DNA of 28,560 nucleotides, taken from IMG/VR virus record IMGVR_UViG_3300006916_014236, positions 1 to 28,560 of that record. The stretch is one strand, 5' to 3'. The notes beneath the pieces were generated by a model. It saw only the letters and a program-made list of their open reading frames with translations, made no database searches and had not been told where the DNA came from. Below, piece after piece: positions 1 through 9,098 of this stretch. The translations under genes and the position numbers were made by a program. The stretch comes from a virus. Lineage: Duplodnaviria; Caudoviricetes. Numbering within the stretch: position 1 is the first letter of the stretch; every line of letters begins with the position of its first letter.

Positions 1-333
1 AAAACTCTCAATAGAGCAATTACATACAGTATCATATTCAATAACAAAATAACTTTTGTAGTCAGGTAACTGTCTGTATGCTTCGCAAAGTAAAATATCG
101 CAACTATACCAGTCAGGATTATCAGTACATTCATTAGTTATAGTAGCTAAACCAGTATTATTAGGGTAATTTTCTCTAGTTGCAACTAACGAATCAACTA
201 GAAGATCATATCCTTCAAAACCTATAGGGTAAAAATCCCAAGACGGATTTAATTTTTTTATAATATTAGAATTTTCGACCTCAAAATCAGTATTATTAAA
301 ATGAGTAAATATTATAGCTTTATTGTTATTCAT
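1..333 (-). CDS. Putative glycosyltransferase-like protein, N-terminal part (runs off the window start; not in the ORF track)
   Basis: Open frame from ATG at 333 to position 1: MNNNKAIIFTHFNN...DWYSCDILLCEAYRQLPDYKSYFVIEYDTVCNCSIESF. The 'YFVIEYD' segment resembles a GT-A DxD/ExD strand. Confidence 0.6.
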   Translation of the reverse strand, partial: MNNNKAIIFTHFNNTDFEVENSNIIKKLNPSWDFYPIGFEGYDLLVDSLVATRENYPNNTGLATITNECTDNPDWYSCDILLCEAYRQLPDYKSYFVIEYDTVCNCSIESF

Positions 334-342
334 TATATACTA

Positions 343-350
343 TATAAATA
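343..350 (+). promoter_or_regulatory. T4-late-promoter-like TATAAATA
   Basis: Exact TATAAATA in the 23-nt divergent intergenic gap, 6 nt before ATG 357. The AT-rich background lowers specificity. Confidence 0.55.
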
Positions 351-356
351 TGTTTA

Positions 357-1013
357 ATGTATAGTATATTAAATACATTTTTTCAAAAAATCTATGTAAT
401 TACATGCTTTGAATTATCAGAAAGACATGAATTCATAAAAAAACAGTTTGATGATCTCAAACTTAATTATGAATTTGTAATAGCTCCGGATCAGTATATG
501 TTTCAGGAAAATTATTTATCTGTATCAGAGCAAAGTTTAGTTTATGCCCATACAAATAGTATAAAAAATGCAATAATAAAAAATTACAAACAAATTTTGA
601 TATGCGAAGATGATGTATTTTTTAATAAAACATTATCAATTATTGATATACAGAATTTTTTATTAACTTTACCTAAAGATTGGAATTTTTTGCAATTAGG
701 CAATCAAGAATGGGCCGAAAAATGGCTTCAACGCGAAAAAGTTAGTAAAAATTTATATCGATTTTTTCATGGCACAGGTTCCCATTGTATAGGTATAAGA
801 AATAATGTATATAAAAATATTATAAAAAGTTTAGAGAGCGGGGAATATCCTGCAGATTTTGCATATTATAGTTTATATAAAGATTATATTTGTTATTGCC
901 CAGAAAAATTTATAGCAGATGCTCTCTCTAAAAATAATCATTTAAATTACAATTCGACATCCCATATATTTGAGAGTACAATTTTTCATAAAAATTCAAT
1001 TGTTGAGAAATGA
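357..1013 (+). CDS. Glycosyltransferase family 25 (Lex2B/LgtB-like)
   Basis: KIYVIT...ER start, 'SLVYAH', 'ILICEDDVFF', 'DWNFLQLG', 'PADFAY' match the GT25 pattern. Confidence 0.8.
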   Translation: MYSILNTFFQKIYVITCFELSERHEFIKKQFDDLKLNYEFVIAPDQYMFQENYLSVSEQSLVYAHTNSIKNAIIKNYKQILICEDDVFFNKTLSIIDIQNFLLTLPKDWNFLQLGNQEWAEKWLQREKVSKNLYRFFHGTGSHCIGIRNNVYKNIIKSLESGEYPADFAYYSLYKDYICYCPEKFIADALSKNNHLNYNSTSHIFESTIFHKNSIVEK

Positions 1014-1810
1014 AAAAAATATTAAGAAAAAACTATTGTTTATTAATGCAAAAAATATTCAATGCTTTAGGGTGTACTACTATACCTAAAAAGCTGCATT
1101 TTATTTGGGTAGGAGATAAACCGATACCCAAAAAATTTGAAATATATTATAAAAAATGGGAATATCTATATCCAGATTACGATATAAAAATATGGGATGA
1201 TAGTTTAGTACAGAAAAAAAACGTTATACCAGATAATTTAAAAGATCTTTACTATAATTATTCTCAATACCCTGTATTCCAAGCTGATATATTAAGATAT
1301 TGTATATTATATAAATATGGTGGTTTGTATTTTGATACAGACTTTGAGCCTCTCAAAAAAATAAAAGATGTATTTTTAGATTTTGAGTTTATAGGAGCAA
1401 TACAAAATAATAATAAAGTAGCTATTGGTTTTATAGGTAGTGCCCCAGGTAGTGAATTACTACAAAGTTTATTAACAGATTTACCTATACAAATAGATAA
1501 ATTTATTTCAGCACACGGTGAGAAACTAAGCTTTAATTATTATTTACATAGTTTAACTGGGCCTGAGATTTTTGATAAATATTGTTCTATTTACAAAACA
1601 AATTCAAATTATTTCTTTTTCACACCTGAATATTTTTATCCATATTGGCATGAAGATAAAGAAGATAAAGAAATAGAAAACTTTAAAATTAAATCCCCTA
1701 TTTCATATGGAGTACATCATTGGTCAAAATCTTGGGAGGATATTGAAAGTATAGAACAGGATAATATAAATATTAATCAAATTAATATACCAGATATACC
1801 TAATACATAA
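1010..1810 (+). CDS. Glycosyltransferase family 32 (DXD sugar-binding, OCH1/SUR1-like)
   Basis: IPKKLHFIWVG, 'ADILRYCILYKYGGLYFDTD', 'TGP', 'FYPY', 'HHWSKSW'. Confidence 0.9.
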   Translation: MKKILRKNYCLLMQKIFNALGCTTIPKKLHFIWVGDKPIPKKFEIYYKKWEYLYPDYDIKIWDDSLVQKKNVIPDNLKDLYYNYSQYPVFQADILRYCILYKYGGLYFDTDFEPLKKIKDVFLDFEFIGAIQNNNKVAIGFIGSAPGSELLQSLLTDLPIQIDKFISAHGEKLSFNYYLHSLTGPEIFDKYCSIYKTNSNYFFFTPEYFYPYWHEDKEDKEIENFKIKSPISYGVHHWSKSWEDIESIEQDNININQINIPDIPNT

Positions 1811-2418
1811 TGAATGATATTTCTATATATAGTTGCGCTAGTTCAGATTTAAATAAAGAGGTATTATATTATCAAAAATTGGTTTTTGAATTTTTTAATT
1901 TAGAAATACAACAAATTATTAAAGAAGATTTTGTACACGGTTTAGTTCTTGATAATATTATTAAAAACTGTGTATCAGAAAACATTATTATCTTTGATGT
2001 AGATTGTATACCTTTAAAAATAGATTTTTTGCAAAAAATAATACATCAAATCAAAGATGGTAATACTTTATCAGGAGCAGTAGGCTGTGCAAATCATATA
2101 GATTCAAGTTTTACTTATATACACTCTTGTTTTATGGCCTTTAAAAAACAACTTTATTTAGATTGCGGTACTCCTTCTTTGAATTCTTATGGTTTTGACA
2201 CTTGCGGTAAATTTACCCAAGTATGTATTGAGAAAAATAAAAATATAAAATACTGGAATATAACTGATAGAGGGGATAGTATATGGGACACTCCTGATAA
2301 TGGGAAATTCGGCCATGGAACAGTATATGAAAACTTAATTTATCATCAATATGAGATTAGAAAACCTCAATATAGTACCCCGTTTATTAAAAAATGTAAA
2401 GAAATTATAAATAAATGA
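1810..2418 (+). CDS. Putative GT-A-fold glycosyltransferase
   Basis: 'HG' followed by 'IIIFDVDCIPL' DxD motif and a C-terminal 'YH'; located inside a GT operon. Confidence 0.6.
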   Translation: MNDISIYSCASSDLNKEVLYYQKLVFEFFNLEIQQIIKEDFVHGLVLDNIIKNCVSENIIIFDVDCIPLKIDFLQKIIHQIKDGNTLSGAVGCANHIDSSFTYIHSCFMAFKKQLYLDCGTPSLNSYGFDTCGKFTQVCIEKNKNIKYWNITDRGDSIWDTPDNGKFGHGTVYENLIYHQYEIRKPQYSTPFIKKCKEIINK

Positions 2419-3035
2419 TTTGTTTAAAAAAATATTATTATAGTTTACCTGAACAAGTAAGAAAATGTTTAACTCCAGAAGAAATACACTGCTTTTATAA
2501 TAAGATAGATTCGTATATCTTTACATCTTTTAAAGTAGCATCAACTTCTTTAAGACAAAAATCTTTTACACATGAAATACAACGAGTATACGAAGTAGAT
2601 GATAAAAAAAATATTTATGGTTTATATCGTTGCCCTAAACAAAGATTAGAATCTTTTTACAAAAATAAAATATTGTTTAGTTCTAAAAAAGAAAATCAAA
2701 AATGGGAACCGTGTCAACCTAAAATATTTGAGATATTCGGTCTTGAAAGATTTTTAAATTCAGATATAACATATGAAGAGTTTATTAATGAAGCAGTAGA
2801 AGAGCTATCATATAAAGATGTGCATTTATTACCTCAAACTTACTATATACCATCATTTGTTGAAAAACACATCCAGTTGTTACAATATAATCCTATACTT
2901 GAAAAAAAATTCTATATTACAACGATAGAAAATAAAACTTCTAATATAAAATTTAATTATACAAAAAAAATGATTAATAATATTGAAACAATATACAAAA
3001 AAGATTATTTAAGATTTTTTAACCATGATTCTTGA
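2415..3035 (+). CDS. Carbohydrate sulfotransferase (Sulfotransfer_2 family)
   Basis: 5'-PSB-like 'KVASTSL', 3'-PB-like 'RCPKQRLESFY', 'DVHLLPQ' and C-terminal 'YKKDYLRF' are the conserved blocks of this family. Confidence 0.8.
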   Translation: MICLKKYYYSLPEQVRKCLTPEEIHCFYNKIDSYIFTSFKVASTSLRQKSFTHEIQRVYEVDDKKNIYGLYRCPKQRLESFYKNKILFSSKKENQKWEPCQPKIFEIFGLERFLNSDITYEEFINEAVEELSYKDVHLLPQTYYIPSFVEKHIQLLQYNPILEKKFYITTIENKTSNIKFNYTKKMINNIETIYKKDYLRFFNHDS

Positions 3036-3918
3036 TAGTAATAACTATACAGTAAAAATTTTAAAACAGTTTGATGGAGAATCAAATTACTTTAATTGCA
3101 CTTCATATAATAATAATGTTCTTTACAGAAAAGAAACAATATATAATAAAGAATTTCTTATAAGCGGTATAGTGAATGAAGAAGATAATTATATTTTAAA
3201 GCCATATACAGATAAAAACTTATTATATAGTTTTGAAGACCCTCGTTATATTAATGAAAAAGAAATAAGCCTCAATAGAGTAGAAATAGATATTAATAAA
3301 AATTATAATATTAATATAGTAAAAGTATGTAAGTTTGACTTATATACAAAAGAATTTACTTTCTATAATACTCAGAGCGGTATTTATGAAAAAAACTGGC
3401 AATTTTTAAATAACGAAATATTGTATAATCTACAGCCATATATAATTTTTGATCAACAAGAAATAGTAATAAAAGAAGAATATTATGATTGGGGGTTTTG
3501 GATTGATAAATATGGTTACCCTTTTTTAAGTACTAGAGAATTCAATATTGGTAGCAATACATATATAATTTTTCATAGTCATAATAGAGATTCAAACGGC
3601 ATAAATTTTTATTATTATTGCGGGTTAGCTCAAATAGATAATAACTATAATATTTTAGGTTATTACAAATTACCTCTTTTTGATACCTCGAACTTAATTG
3701 AAACAGATATATCAAGAGGGTATTTTGATTGGAGACGAGGTCTTAAAAACAAATGTCAAGTAGTTGATGTTGTTTTTCCGATGACAGTACAAGATAATGA
3801 GAAAAATATTAAAATATATTGCGGTATAAATGATTGCGCTGCTGGTATTATAACTATAGAAAAAGATATACTACAAAAACAATTGCAATATCACTCAAAT
3901 ATTTTTGAAAAATTCTAA
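3025..3918 (+). CDS. Beta-propeller glycoside hydrolase/phosphorylase-like protein (GH130/GT91-like)
   Basis: 'FEDPR', 'EKNWQF', 'VVFP' and 'YCGIND' motifs are typical of five-bladed GH130 and beta-mannosyltransferase-like proteins. Confidence 0.65.
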   Translation: MILDSNNYTVKILKQFDGESNYFNCTSYNNNVLYRKETIYNKEFLISGIVNEEDNYILKPYTDKNLLYSFEDPRYINEKEISLNRVEIDINKNYNINIVKVCKFDLYTKEFTFYNTQSGIYEKNWQFLNNEILYNLQPYIIFDQQEIVIKEEYYDWGFWIDKYGYPFLSTREFNIGSNTYIIFHSHNRDSNGINFYYYCGLAQIDNNYNILGYYKLPLFDTSNLIETDISRGYFDWRRGLKNKCQVVDVVFPMTVQDNEKNIKIYCGINDCAAGIITIEKDILQKQLQYHSNIFEKF

Positions 3919-4839
3919 AAAGTTATTTTTATTAGTATTGAATAAATTAGTTAAATATTTTCTTGGTTTTTTATAATTTTTAGAAGCGATTTTATCCTCA
4001 AGATCTGAAGAATCGACAATAAAACCTCTGCGAAAAGGAAACTTAGTGCTCTCACTATCATTATTACTATTTAAAAATTCATATTCTTCGTTAATTATAA
4101 TACCTGGTTTGGTCTCTAAAAAAATTAAATAGTCTGGATCAATTTGCTCTTCCCAAACTGGTATTTTTGATGCAATAACTTTTTTATCGCATAACATTCC
4201 TTCAAACATATAGTGTCCGTGTGCCTCATATAAAGAAGGACAAATATGAGTATCACTAGTATTAAAAACTCTTGAAAGTTTAGTATCAGAAATATATTCG
4301 GTATAATAAAATTCTGTTCTTACATCCTTATACCTACCAGTACTATCGAATATATGTACATTAGTATTATTAAGTAAGCATTCTGTATTTTTTTGTATAG
4401 ATTTGCCTGCAAAATGTATTATATTATTATTTTTATATTTATTATAATGATTATCGTACAAATCTCTTGACCAAAAATACAAAACATTTATATTAGAATG
4501 GAGACCTTCTAATAATTTTTTTGCAAACTTATTTTTTACTATAACATAATCAAAGTCTGACAATGAACTTGCTTCCTTACAGGTAAGCCACTCTTCATTA
4601 ACAATAAAAACGTTAATTTTATTTCTTGTAAGTAAGTTAGGCTGAAAATTTTGTATAAAAATACCTATATCATATTGTACTTCTGGAGTATAATCAAAAT
4701 AATTATTATTATCATTCTGACTTATTGAAAAATCAAACAAAGAACAATCAAATTCAGCATCTAAACACTCCTTAATTAAAGACGCATCAACTTTAACTCC
4801 TACTCCATTGTCCCAATAATAGATACAACTTGTACGCAT
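3895..4839 (-). CDS. GT-B-fold (GT4-like) glycosyltransferase
   Basis: 'NGVGVKVD', 'HFAGKSIQKNT', and 'HICPSLYEAHGHYMFEG' carrying the EX7E signature. Confidence 0.75.
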   Translation of the reverse strand: MRTSCIYYWDNGVGVKVDASLIKECLDAEFDCSLFDFSISQNDNNNYFDYTPEVQYDIGIFIQNFQPNLLTRNKINVFIVNEEWLTCKEASSLSDFDYVIVKNKFAKKLLEGLHSNINVLYFWSRDLYDNHYNKYKNNNIIHFAGKSIQKNTECLLNNTNVHIFDSTGRYKDVRTEFYYTEYISDTKLSRVFNTSDTHICPSLYEAHGHYMFEGMLCDKKVIASKIPVWEEQIDPDYLIFLETKPGIIINEEYEFLNSNNDSESTKFPFRRGFIVDSSDLEDKIASKNYKKPRKYLTNLFNTNKNNFLEFFKNI

Positions 4840-5192
4840 TATTTATAACCTAAGAAGTCCCATTGATCAATATTATTATCCCAATAAACATATATACCAA
4901 TAGGTAAAAGACAGACATCAACAAGCTTACCGTCTTTAAAATGCTTGCGCATGGATTTTTTTTCAACAAGAAAAAGCTTTTCGTTAAAGTAAATTGTTTT
5001 TAAACAATTTTTATACCTCTTCTCCATCTGTTCTTTATGGTTTATTAATCTCCAATCCCAATTAAATGGACACCAATAAACCTCGTCTCCTTCTGCGGTA
5101 GTAACTTTAGGTGTTTTAATATCGAAATATTCAATATTTTCTGTTTGTTCCTCGGTAACGGTAAATTGCTGATCCTTAAATAAAACTTCCAT
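4839..5192 (-). CDS. Hypothetical protein with two tandem ~55-aa repeats
   Basis: 117-aa ORF with an upstream promoter motif; the halves share xxF(K/N)xxxFxV...G..VYWxxxxxxW. Confidence 0.65.
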   Translation of the reverse strand: MEVLFKDQQFTVTEEQTENIEYFDIKTPKVTTAEGDEVYWCPFNWDWRLINHKEQMEKRYKNCLKTIYFNEKLFLVEKKSMRKHFKDGKLVDVCLLPIGIYVYWDNNIDQWDFLGYK

Positions 5193-5204
5193 GGCTTTTT
5201 ATAT

Positions 5205-5232
5205 ATTTTAATCTAAATATGATTAATATCAA
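5205..5232 (-). promoter_or_regulatory. sigma70-like promoter TTGATA-N16-TAAAAT
   Basis: -35 at 5232-5227 and -10 at 5210-5205, 12 nt before ATG 5192. Confidence 0.5.
5214..5219 (+). promoter_or_regulatory. Late-promoter-like TAAATA
   Basis: In the divergent gap, 14 nt before the probable ATG 5234. Confidence 0.35.
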
Positions 5233-5233
5233 G

Positions 5234-6289
5234 ATGGATTTAACGGATAAATTTTGCAGCAGACCTTGGGATTTTTTTGAAATACAAGAAAAAAATATAT
5301 ACAACTGCTGCCCTACTTGGGTTAATCATGTAACAATAGGGGAAACTACTACTGATTTAGATATAGAAAAAATATGGAACGGAGATCTAGCTAAAAATTT
5401 TAGAAAATCTATATTAGACGGTAGTTTTAAGTTTTGTAATAAAGAATTATGTCCTCAAATTAAAAATAACTCATTACCTACTATACAAGAAGTAAAAGAG
5501 GGTAAGATAGGTTCAATATATTCTACGATAATAGAATATAAGTTAACCCAAGCAGACAAACCAGGTACTATAAATCTATGTTATGATAGGAGTTGTAATT
5601 TGAGATGTCCTTCGTGTAGAAAAGATTTTATATATTACACAGAAAAGACATACAAAAAAGAGTTTGATAGACTAACTTTAATAAATGAAGCGGTCTTAAA
5701 ATATGTACATTCAGAAAAAAAAGAAATAACTCTCAATATTACAGGTTCAGGAGACCCGTTCGGGTCTAAACATTTTTATAATTTACTTAAACAACTTAAT
5801 TATAACAAAAACCCTAAAATTAAATTACTATTACAAACTAATGGAGTTTTATTTGATGAAAAAAGATGGGAAGACTTAAAAAATATACATAAATTCCATA
5901 TTGATACTATTATTAGCTTAGATGCAGGAGATAAGCAATCATATGATCTCACCAGAAGAGGTGGTGATTGGAATAAAGTAAATCATAATTTAGGTTTTAT
6001 AAAAAAACTACAAGAACAAAAACTTATAAATTGGGTAAGATTAGATATGGTAGTACAAAATAACAACTACAAAACAATACCTCAATTTATTGATATAGCT
6101 CGAAAACATGATTTTCACTCATATACATCTCGTATAGTGAATTGGGGTACATTTACCCCTATTGAATTTATGTATCATAATATTTTTAATACTAACCATA
6201 AAAATTATATAGATTTAAAGCGCTTAGTTAAGCAGGTATCTCCATACGAAAAACATGATTGGGGTAATATATCTGATATTTTAAATTAA
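5234..6289 (+). CDS. Radical SAM protein with an N-terminal SPASM/Twitch-like Cys-rich domain
   Basis: CNLRCPSC (CX3CX2C, 5594-5617), 'GSGDPF', 'QTNG', 'SLDA'. N-terminal FCSRPW..NCC..IWNG..FR..C...CP. Start probably 5234 rather than 5219. Confidence 0.85.
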   Translation: MDLTDKFCSRPWDFFEIQEKNIYNCCPTWVNHVTIGETTTDLDIEKIWNGDLAKNFRKSILDGSFKFCNKELCPQIKNNSLPTIQEVKEGKIGSIYSTIIEYKLTQADKPGTINLCYDRSCNLRCPSCRKDFIYYTEKTYKKEFDRLTLINEAVLKYVHSEKKEITLNITGSGDPFGSKHFYNLLKQLNYNKNPKIKLLLQTNGVLFDEKRWEDLKNIHKFHIDTIISLDAGDKQSYDLTRRGGDWNKVNHNLGFIKKLQEQKLINWVRLDMVVQNNNYKTIPQFIDIARKHDFHSYTSRIVNWGTFTPIEFMYHNIFNTNHKNYIDLKRLVKQVSPYEKHDWGNISDILN

Positions 6290-6310
6290 TATACTTAAAA
6301 ATATTCATAT

Positions 6311-7177
6311 ATGAAAAACATTCCAGTATATTGTGTAATTCGTACAGATAGAGATTATAATTATACTCAAACAACAAACTTAGAGTTACATCAAGGCTCT
6401 CCTGAATATTCCGGTCAATTTGCAATATACTGGAATAGTATTTTCAAGAAAAAATTATCTAAAGTAAAGCAAGAACTAAGACACATAAGTTTTAATTCAA
6501 TAAAAAAGGCTGATTTCGATAAAGTGTACTGGAATTTGCAAGATTTTTTTGATGATTATAAAAATATAAAAAATAAAACCCTAGTATACATGCAAGATGA
6601 TGATGATTTGGTAGTACCAGATATTGCATCTAAAATAAAACAAAATTACAAGAGAGGGTTCGATGGGTTAGTTTGGGGACATCTAAGGCTACATGGTATG
6701 TATAATTTTTATTTTACTGATATTGAGATTGGTCGAAAAGGATTAGATGATAAAGGTAATACTATGGATATAAATTTTAACCCATTTCCTTTTATTCAAA
6801 GCAACCATAATGTTACATTATATCCAATAGAAAAAAATAATAAAATAGGTACTTACATAAAAGAGTTAGATAAAATATTACCAATTAATCACTCATGTAT
6901 TAACTGGTATCTGTTTCAAACGTCAAAAAAATTTATTAGAATAAATGAGATATTATCAGTATATAATAGTACACCTGCTTCAACAACTTATATAGGAGAT
7001 GAACTTAATATACTAAAACATGAACATGCTAAAGAATGGTTTGAGTCTACAGAAACTTTTTATAAATATGTAAAAAAATTTACTCTAGTAAAGGAAAAGG
7101 GTTGTGTGCAAGCATTACCTCACAGTTTAAAAAGATACATAACAAAAACAAAAAACATTTTTAAAGATTGCTTATGA
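6311..7177 (+). CDS. Putative GT-A-like glycosyltransferase (paralog of 9095-9901)
   Basis: 'VYMQDDDDLV', 'WGH', 'QSNH', 'YNSTPAS'. Confidence 0.55.
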   Translation: MKNIPVYCVIRTDRDYNYTQTTNLELHQGSPEYSGQFAIYWNSIFKKKLSKVKQELRHISFNSIKKADFDKVYWNLQDFFDDYKNIKNKTLVYMQDDDDLVVPDIASKIKQNYKRGFDGLVWGHLRLHGMYNFYFTDIEIGRKGLDDKGNTMDINFNPFPFIQSNHNVTLYPIEKNNKIGTYIKELDKILPINHSCINWYLFQTSKKFIRINEILSVYNSTPASTTYIGDELNILKHEHAKEWFESTETFYKYVKKFTLVKEKGCVQALPHSLKRYITKTKNIFKDCL

Positions 7178-8010
7178 CAACAATTTTTGGTTTAGCAGAT
7201 AATTATTCTATAAATGAGTGTAAATATTTTTTAAATTCCCTACAACAAATAAATTTTCAAGGGGAATTAATTCTATTTTCTAATACTTTAAAAGCAAGAA
7301 ATGTTACAAAATATAAATTTTGTAAAATAGTTAAAAAACCTTTAAAGTATATAAATTTAACATATGCAGAAAATGTTCTACGCTACTTTTACTTTTTGGA
7401 TTATATAAAAGAAAATATAACTCATAATAGTAAAATTTTATTTACTGATATACGAGATACAATATTTCAAACTAATAAAGTTTTTAATATAGAAATGAAA
7501 AAAGGTATGTACTTTTTTCGAGAAAATAAAAACAATTTAATATTTACAGAAGACTGGCATAATATATGGTATAAAGATATAGAAAGAGAAGATATGCTTG
7601 ATCTTAATAGTAAGAAAAAATTTATTTACTGCAGCGGTATACATTTATTTAAAAATAAACAATACGCTATACAATATTGCGAATTGTTTAAGCAAAAAGC
7701 CGCAGATTATAAAAAATATACTTGGAAGCTTATGGATCAACCAGTACATCAAATGGTAATATATGAAGATAAAATAGATTCAAAAAAATTATTATATAAT
7801 GAAAATAATGAATTAGTTTTTCATATGGGGCTATGCGACGAAGGAGAATATTCAGTTAATGAACATGAATTTGAAGCAAAAAACCACATTACTAAAAATA
7901 AAAAATATTCTAAAACAAAAATATGTTTGAAAAAAAGTGTTCCATCTATTATACATCAGTATGATCGCCGAGAAAGAGCTACAAATTTAGTAAAGGATTT
8001 ATATACATGA
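7174..8010 (+). CDS. Putative GT-A-fold glycosyltransferase
   Basis: 'RYFYF', 'LFTDIRDTIFQ', 'DQ..HQ', 'IIHQYDR'. ATG 7174 overlaps the upstream stop (ATGA). Confidence 0.65.
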   Translation: MTTIFGLADNYSINECKYFLNSLQQINFQGELILFSNTLKARNVTKYKFCKIVKKPLKYINLTYAENVLRYFYFLDYIKENITHNSKILFTDIRDTIFQTNKVFNIEMKKGMYFFRENKNNLIFTEDWHNIWYKDIEREDMLDLNSKKKFIYCSGIHLFKNKQYAIQYCELFKQKAADYKKYTWKLMDQPVHQMVIYEDKIDSKKLLYNENNELVFHMGLCDEGEYSVNEHEFEAKNHITKNKKYSKTKICLKKSVPSIIHQYDRRERATNLVKDLYT

Positions 8011-9098
8011 AAATTGCTGTATGTTTTAGCTCTCAATTGAGAAATTATAAATTATGTCTACCAAGATTAAGAAAAAAGTTTACTGAATTACTAGTAAATC
8101 AAGGACATACTGTAGACTACTTTGGCTCTTTTTCAAACAATCTATCATTTGGGTTTAAATACTATAATAAAAAATTTGGGCTTCCGAAAACAGGGTCATT
8201 TACAGATAAAAATAACGGTTTTCTTACCGTATATAATGATTGGAACTTTTTAATAGATAAAAAAGAAGCATACAACTTTTTGATGAGTCATATTCAGTTT
8301 AAAAAACTAGAAATATTAGATAACTGGAAAGATCCTGTAAAAACTAGCTATACTGATGGTATATATAATAGAGATTCTGTTTCTGAAGACGGTTTAAGTA
8401 TAAATCAATGGTATTATGCAGAACGCAGTGTTAGTTTAATGCAAGAATATGAAAAAGAAACTAATCAAGAATACGATGTAATAATACGCATGCGGCCTGA
8501 TATGTTATTACTATATTTAGATTTGATAGGAATAACTAATACAATAAATGAACCGTATCATTTTAAAGCTGGGTATGTAGAAGTACTAAACGGGTGGCCT
8601 TCGATAGGAGACTGGTATCATATATTTGGCAAACAAGCCGCTAAACGCTACCATAACGGACTATGTCAACGGTTAATATCATGTTATAATGATATGTATC
8701 TAAGAAAGAATGATTTGAAGCAATCATGGGGCGGTAACCCTCCACCTGAAACTATGTGGGCTTATTGTACAAGAGGTATAGGTAAATGTACTTTAACTAC
8801 GCTAGGCTTCGGTGCGATGCTTTGTAGACAGTTTATAGAGGAATATTATCCAGATATAGATAATATAAATATGGAACAATTGTGTGATTATCAATTTGAT
8901 ATATCATTATCTAATTTTGCTATAGAAGAGTATTTGAATAAAATAACAAATTATAATGTTATAGATGATCACTATGATCAGTTAAGAAATTATATAGAGA
9001 GTAATAATATTAACGTATTGAAGCTTAGAGAAGGTCATTTAGTGACAAATGACATTTCAAACACGGATGAAATTTTAAAAGATTTTAAAATAATATGA
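8007..9098 (+). CDS. Putative glycosyltransferase-like protein (KIAVCxSxQxR ... YDxxIRxRPD type)
   Basis: N-terminal 'MKIAVCFSSQLR', central 'YDVIIRMRPD' and a later 'PE'; I recall this pattern from glycan loci. Confidence 0.6.
   Translation: MKIAVCFSSQLRNYKLCLPRLRKKFTELLVNQGHTVDYFGSFSNNLSFGFKYYNKKFGLPKTGSFTDKNNGFLTVYNDWNFLIDKKEAYNFLMSHIQFKKLEILDNWKDPVKTSYTDGIYNRDSVSEDGLSINQWYYAERSVSLMQEYEKETNQEYDVIIRMRPDMLLLYLDLIGITNTINEPYHFKAGYVEVLNGWPSIGDWYHIFGKQAAKRYHNGLCQRLISCYNDMYLRKNDLKQSWGGNPPPETMWAYCTRGIGKCTLTTLGFGAMLCRQFIEEYYPDIDNINMEQLCDYQFDISLSNFAIEEYLNKITNYNVIDDHYDQLRNYIESNNINVLKLREGHLVTNDISNTDEILKDFKII

Noticed and set aside
1740-1810. Asn/Ile-rich tail of the GT32 protein (NININQINIPDIPNT) as a functional repeat
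   Set aside because: Short low-complexity sequence expected in very AT-rich DNA.
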